A stretch of DNA of 64,000 nt from Polyangiales bacterium (GTDB lineage Bacteria > Myxococcota_A > Polyangia > Polyangiales > Ga0077539): positions 704,001 to 768,000 of the forward strand of contig JBGARZ010000001.1 of NCBI GenBank assembly GCA_044229975.1. Reading direction: 5' to 3'. The first letter of the stretch is position 1. Each line of letters opens with the position of its first letter. The position numbers were made by a program, and so were the translations under genes. The notes below the pieces were generated by a model that did not search any database, was not told the DNA's origin, and saw nothing but the letters and a program-made list of their open reading frames with translations. Shown piece after piece: positions 61,857 to 64,000 of this stretch.

Positions 61857-63035
61857 ATGATGTTCAATGAACGGCTGGTGAATCTCCTTCCGGGTCGGAT
61901 GCGCAATCAGGTCTCGCAGTGGTTCGAGGCGGCGGAGATCTTCGGCGAGATGCGCGACCCGAAGGTGCTCGCGGCCATCGGCCCGGCGGGCGTGCGGGGG
62001 TTGTTGTTCCAACGCGGCAAGCAGGGCGTCCCGACGCAGATGCCAGCCTCGCACCGGGCCCACTTCGACTGGAAGTACCCACACGACAACGCCGAGATGG
62101 CCGACCTCTACCGCCGCGCCAAGGAGGGCCAGTGGAACGGTGACTCCCTCCCCTGGCACATCGACGTCGACCCGCTCAACCCGGAGGTCCCGCTCATCCC
62201 GGAGGACTTCATCGACTTCGCGAAGCTGCGCTCGCTGGGCGTCGACCTCGGCGCGACCGACCAGATGAAGCTGCGCGCGTCGCTCGCTGCATGGATGTTG
62301 AGTCAATTTCTGCATGGTGAGCAGGGCGCCCTCTTCGCGGCGGCGCAGGTGACCGAGGCGGTGCAGTTCTTCGACGGGAAGATGTACGGCAGCACGCAGG
62401 TCATGGACGAGGGCCGCCACGTCGAGGTCTTCAATCGGTACATCGATACGAAGCTCAACAAGCTCTATCAGATCAACGACAACCTCTATGTGGTCATCGA
62501 CTCATTGATGACCGATGGCCGTTGGGACATGAAGTTCCTGGGGATGCAGATCATGGTGGAGGGACTGGCGCTCGGGGCCTTCGGCGTCCTTTACAAGCAG
62601 ACCCGCGAGCCCCTCCTCAAAGAACTCCTCCGCAACGTCATCCAGGACGAGGCCCGGCATGTCCACTACGGGGTCGTCGCGCTGCGCGAACACTTCCGCG
62701 ACCACCTCACCGACCGCGAGCGCAACGAGCGCGAGGACTGGGCCTACGAGGTGGCGCTGCTGATGCGCAACCGCTTCATGGGCTTCGAGGTCTACGACGA
62801 GTGGTTCACCCACCGGCTCACGCGGGCACAGTGGCGGGACTTCGTGGTCAGCTCCGCCGGGATGGCCGAGTTCCGCCATGTGATGTTCCGGCGGCTCATC
62901 CCCAACCTGCGCGCGATCGGGCTGATGTCCCCGCGCATCCTGCCGCACTACGAGCGCGCGGGGCTGATGCGCTACTACGAGGGCCGTTCGGCCGACCAGC
63001 TCACGGGCGAGCAGATCCTCGCCGACCTGCACTGA
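61857..63035 (+). CDS. Ferritin-like diiron protein (AurF-like)
   Basis: SQFLHGEQGAL, QVMDEGRH, QIMVEGLALGAF, DEARH; GGAGG RBS. Confidence 0.85.
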   Translation: MMFNERLVNLLPGRMRNQVSQWFEAAEIFGEMRDPKVLAAIGPAGVRGLLFQRGKQGVPTQMPASHRAHFDWKYPHDNAEMADLYRRAKEGQWNGDSLPWHIDVDPLNPEVPLIPEDFIDFAKLRSLGVDLGATDQMKLRASLAAWMLSQFLHGEQGALFAAAQVTEAVQFFDGKMYGSTQVMDEGRHVEVFNRYIDTKLNKLYQINDNLYVVIDSLMTDGRWDMKFLGMQIMVEGLALGAFGVLYKQTREPLLKELLRNVIQDEARHVHYGVVALREHFRDHLTDRERNEREDWAYEVALLMRNRFMGFEVYDEWFTHRLTRAQWRDFVVSSAGMAEFRHVMFRRLIPNLRAIGLMSPRILPHYERAGLMRYYEGRSADQLTGEQILADLH

Positions 63036-63274
63036 CGCCACACCTGTTCATCCCCGACACGGTGACTGTCCACTCCGGGACACGACCGGGGGTGTCCGCC
63101 GCGGTTCACGGTATGACCCCGATGTCAGGGGACCCGACGCCGCAGCGCATCGTTCGTGCGACGAGGCCGCTAGCACTTCTCACGGAACCTTCACCTCCGA
63201 TCGTGGTCGCAGGGAATGGCCCGGTTGTTGAAGTAGTTGGTGAGCGGAAGGTCGGCTCGCACGGAGGTTCGGTC

Positions 63275-63424
63275 ATGCGTCGAAGCAACAAGGCGGTTCA
63301 CACGGTTCGTCTGGTGCTGGGTCTGATCGCGGTTTCCCTCTCGGTGCTCGGCGCCGTCCGCAACACCCAGGACGTCCCGACCACCGCCGCGCAGACCGAA
63401 GCCGCCGTCCCCAACCACGGCTGA
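63275..63424 (+). CDS. Putative 49-aa membrane-anchored or secreted peptide
   Basis: GGAGG RBS; basic N-terminus followed by a hydrophobic helix. Confidence 0.4.
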   Translation: MRRSNKAVHTVRLVLGLIAVSLSVLGAVRNTQDVPTTAAQTEAAVPNHG

Positions 63425-63504
63425 AGCGCGCCAGCGCCTTCGAGCGTCGGGCACAACGTTGACAGCCAGCGCGGCCCCATGGGAGACCGCCGGACGTCAC
63501 GGGC

Positions 63505-63577
63505 GCCCTCATAGCTCAGTGGATAGAGCAGCGGCTTCCTAAGCCGAAGGTCGTAGGTTCGACTCCTACTGGGGGTA
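63505..63577 (+). tRNA. tRNA-Arg(CCT)
   Basis: GCCCTCA/TGGGGGT acceptor stem, TAGCTCAGTGGATAGAGC D arm, CGGC-TTCCTAA-GCCG, GGTTCGACTCC. Confidence 0.92.
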
Positions 63578-63585
63578 CAGCGTTT

Positions 63586-64000
63586 TCAGGGCTCGATATG
63601 ACGCCCGAGAAACTCCAACACCGCGCCATACCAGGCGACGGCGTTGCGGGGCTTCGCGATCCAGTGCCCCTCGTCGGGAAACACCACCAGCTCCGACGGC
63701 ACGCGATGGTGCTGCAACGCCTCGAAGAGCATCAGCGCTTCGGAGATGGGCACCCGGTAGTCGCGCTCACCGTGCAGCACCAGCGTCGGCGTCTTCCATC
63801 GCGCGATGCCGCCGTGCGGTGACCAGCGCTCGTGCGCGGCGACGTTCTCGTACGGGGAGACACCCATCATCGCGTACCACCACGCCGAGTGGTCGGTGGT
63901 GCCGCTGAAGGGTGACATCGCGTAGATGCTCGCGTGCGTGACCAGACAGCGGAAGCGCTCCGTGCTCACGCCGATCCAGTTGGTCATGTAGCCGCCGAAG
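63586..64000 (-). CDS. S9-family prolyl oligopeptidase, C-terminal part (truncated by window edge)
   Basis: FGGYMTNW, TPTLVLHGERDYRVP, FPDEGH. Confidence 0.9.
   Translation of the reverse strand, partial: FGGYMTNWIGVSTERFRCLVTHASIYAMSPFSGTTDHSAWWYAMMGVSPYENVAAHERWSPHGGIARWKTPTLVLHGERDYRVPISEALMLFEALQHHRVPSELVVFPDEGHWIAKPRNAVAWYGAVLEFLGRHIEP

Noticed and set aside
63036..63270. Riboswitch or ncRNA
   Set aside because: Only short GC hairpins; no family motif that I can recognise

Overview
High-GC bacterial window; gene content (type IV pilin, PrkA, many Cys-rich lipoproteins, ECF sigma/anti-sigma pair) suggests a myxobacterium, which is an inference. It carries about 60 genes and three tRNAs (Ser-GGA, Ser-CGA, Arg-CCT). 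The most striking observations are: (1) a complete group IIC intron (3887-5811, minus strand) inserted in one arm of a long palindromic repeat element between a sensor kinase and its response regulator, with an intron-free sibling of that element at 14550-14738 that differs at the intron-binding site; (2) a second palindromic element with 100-bp perfect arms (11984-12224); (3) a nine-gene VTC/DUF4956 polyphosphate operon that lacks CotH but encodes an apparently exported dikinase with glucan-water-dikinase-like domain order and a DUF2252 protein, divergent from an ECF sigma-porin-purple acid phosphatase unit; (4) an RsmD-CoaD fusion, a degenerate L7/L12 paralog and a start-less gene remnant behind 43/42-bp tandem repeats. 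All calls come from motif recognition by eye, and coordinates were hand-counted. No database search was run.
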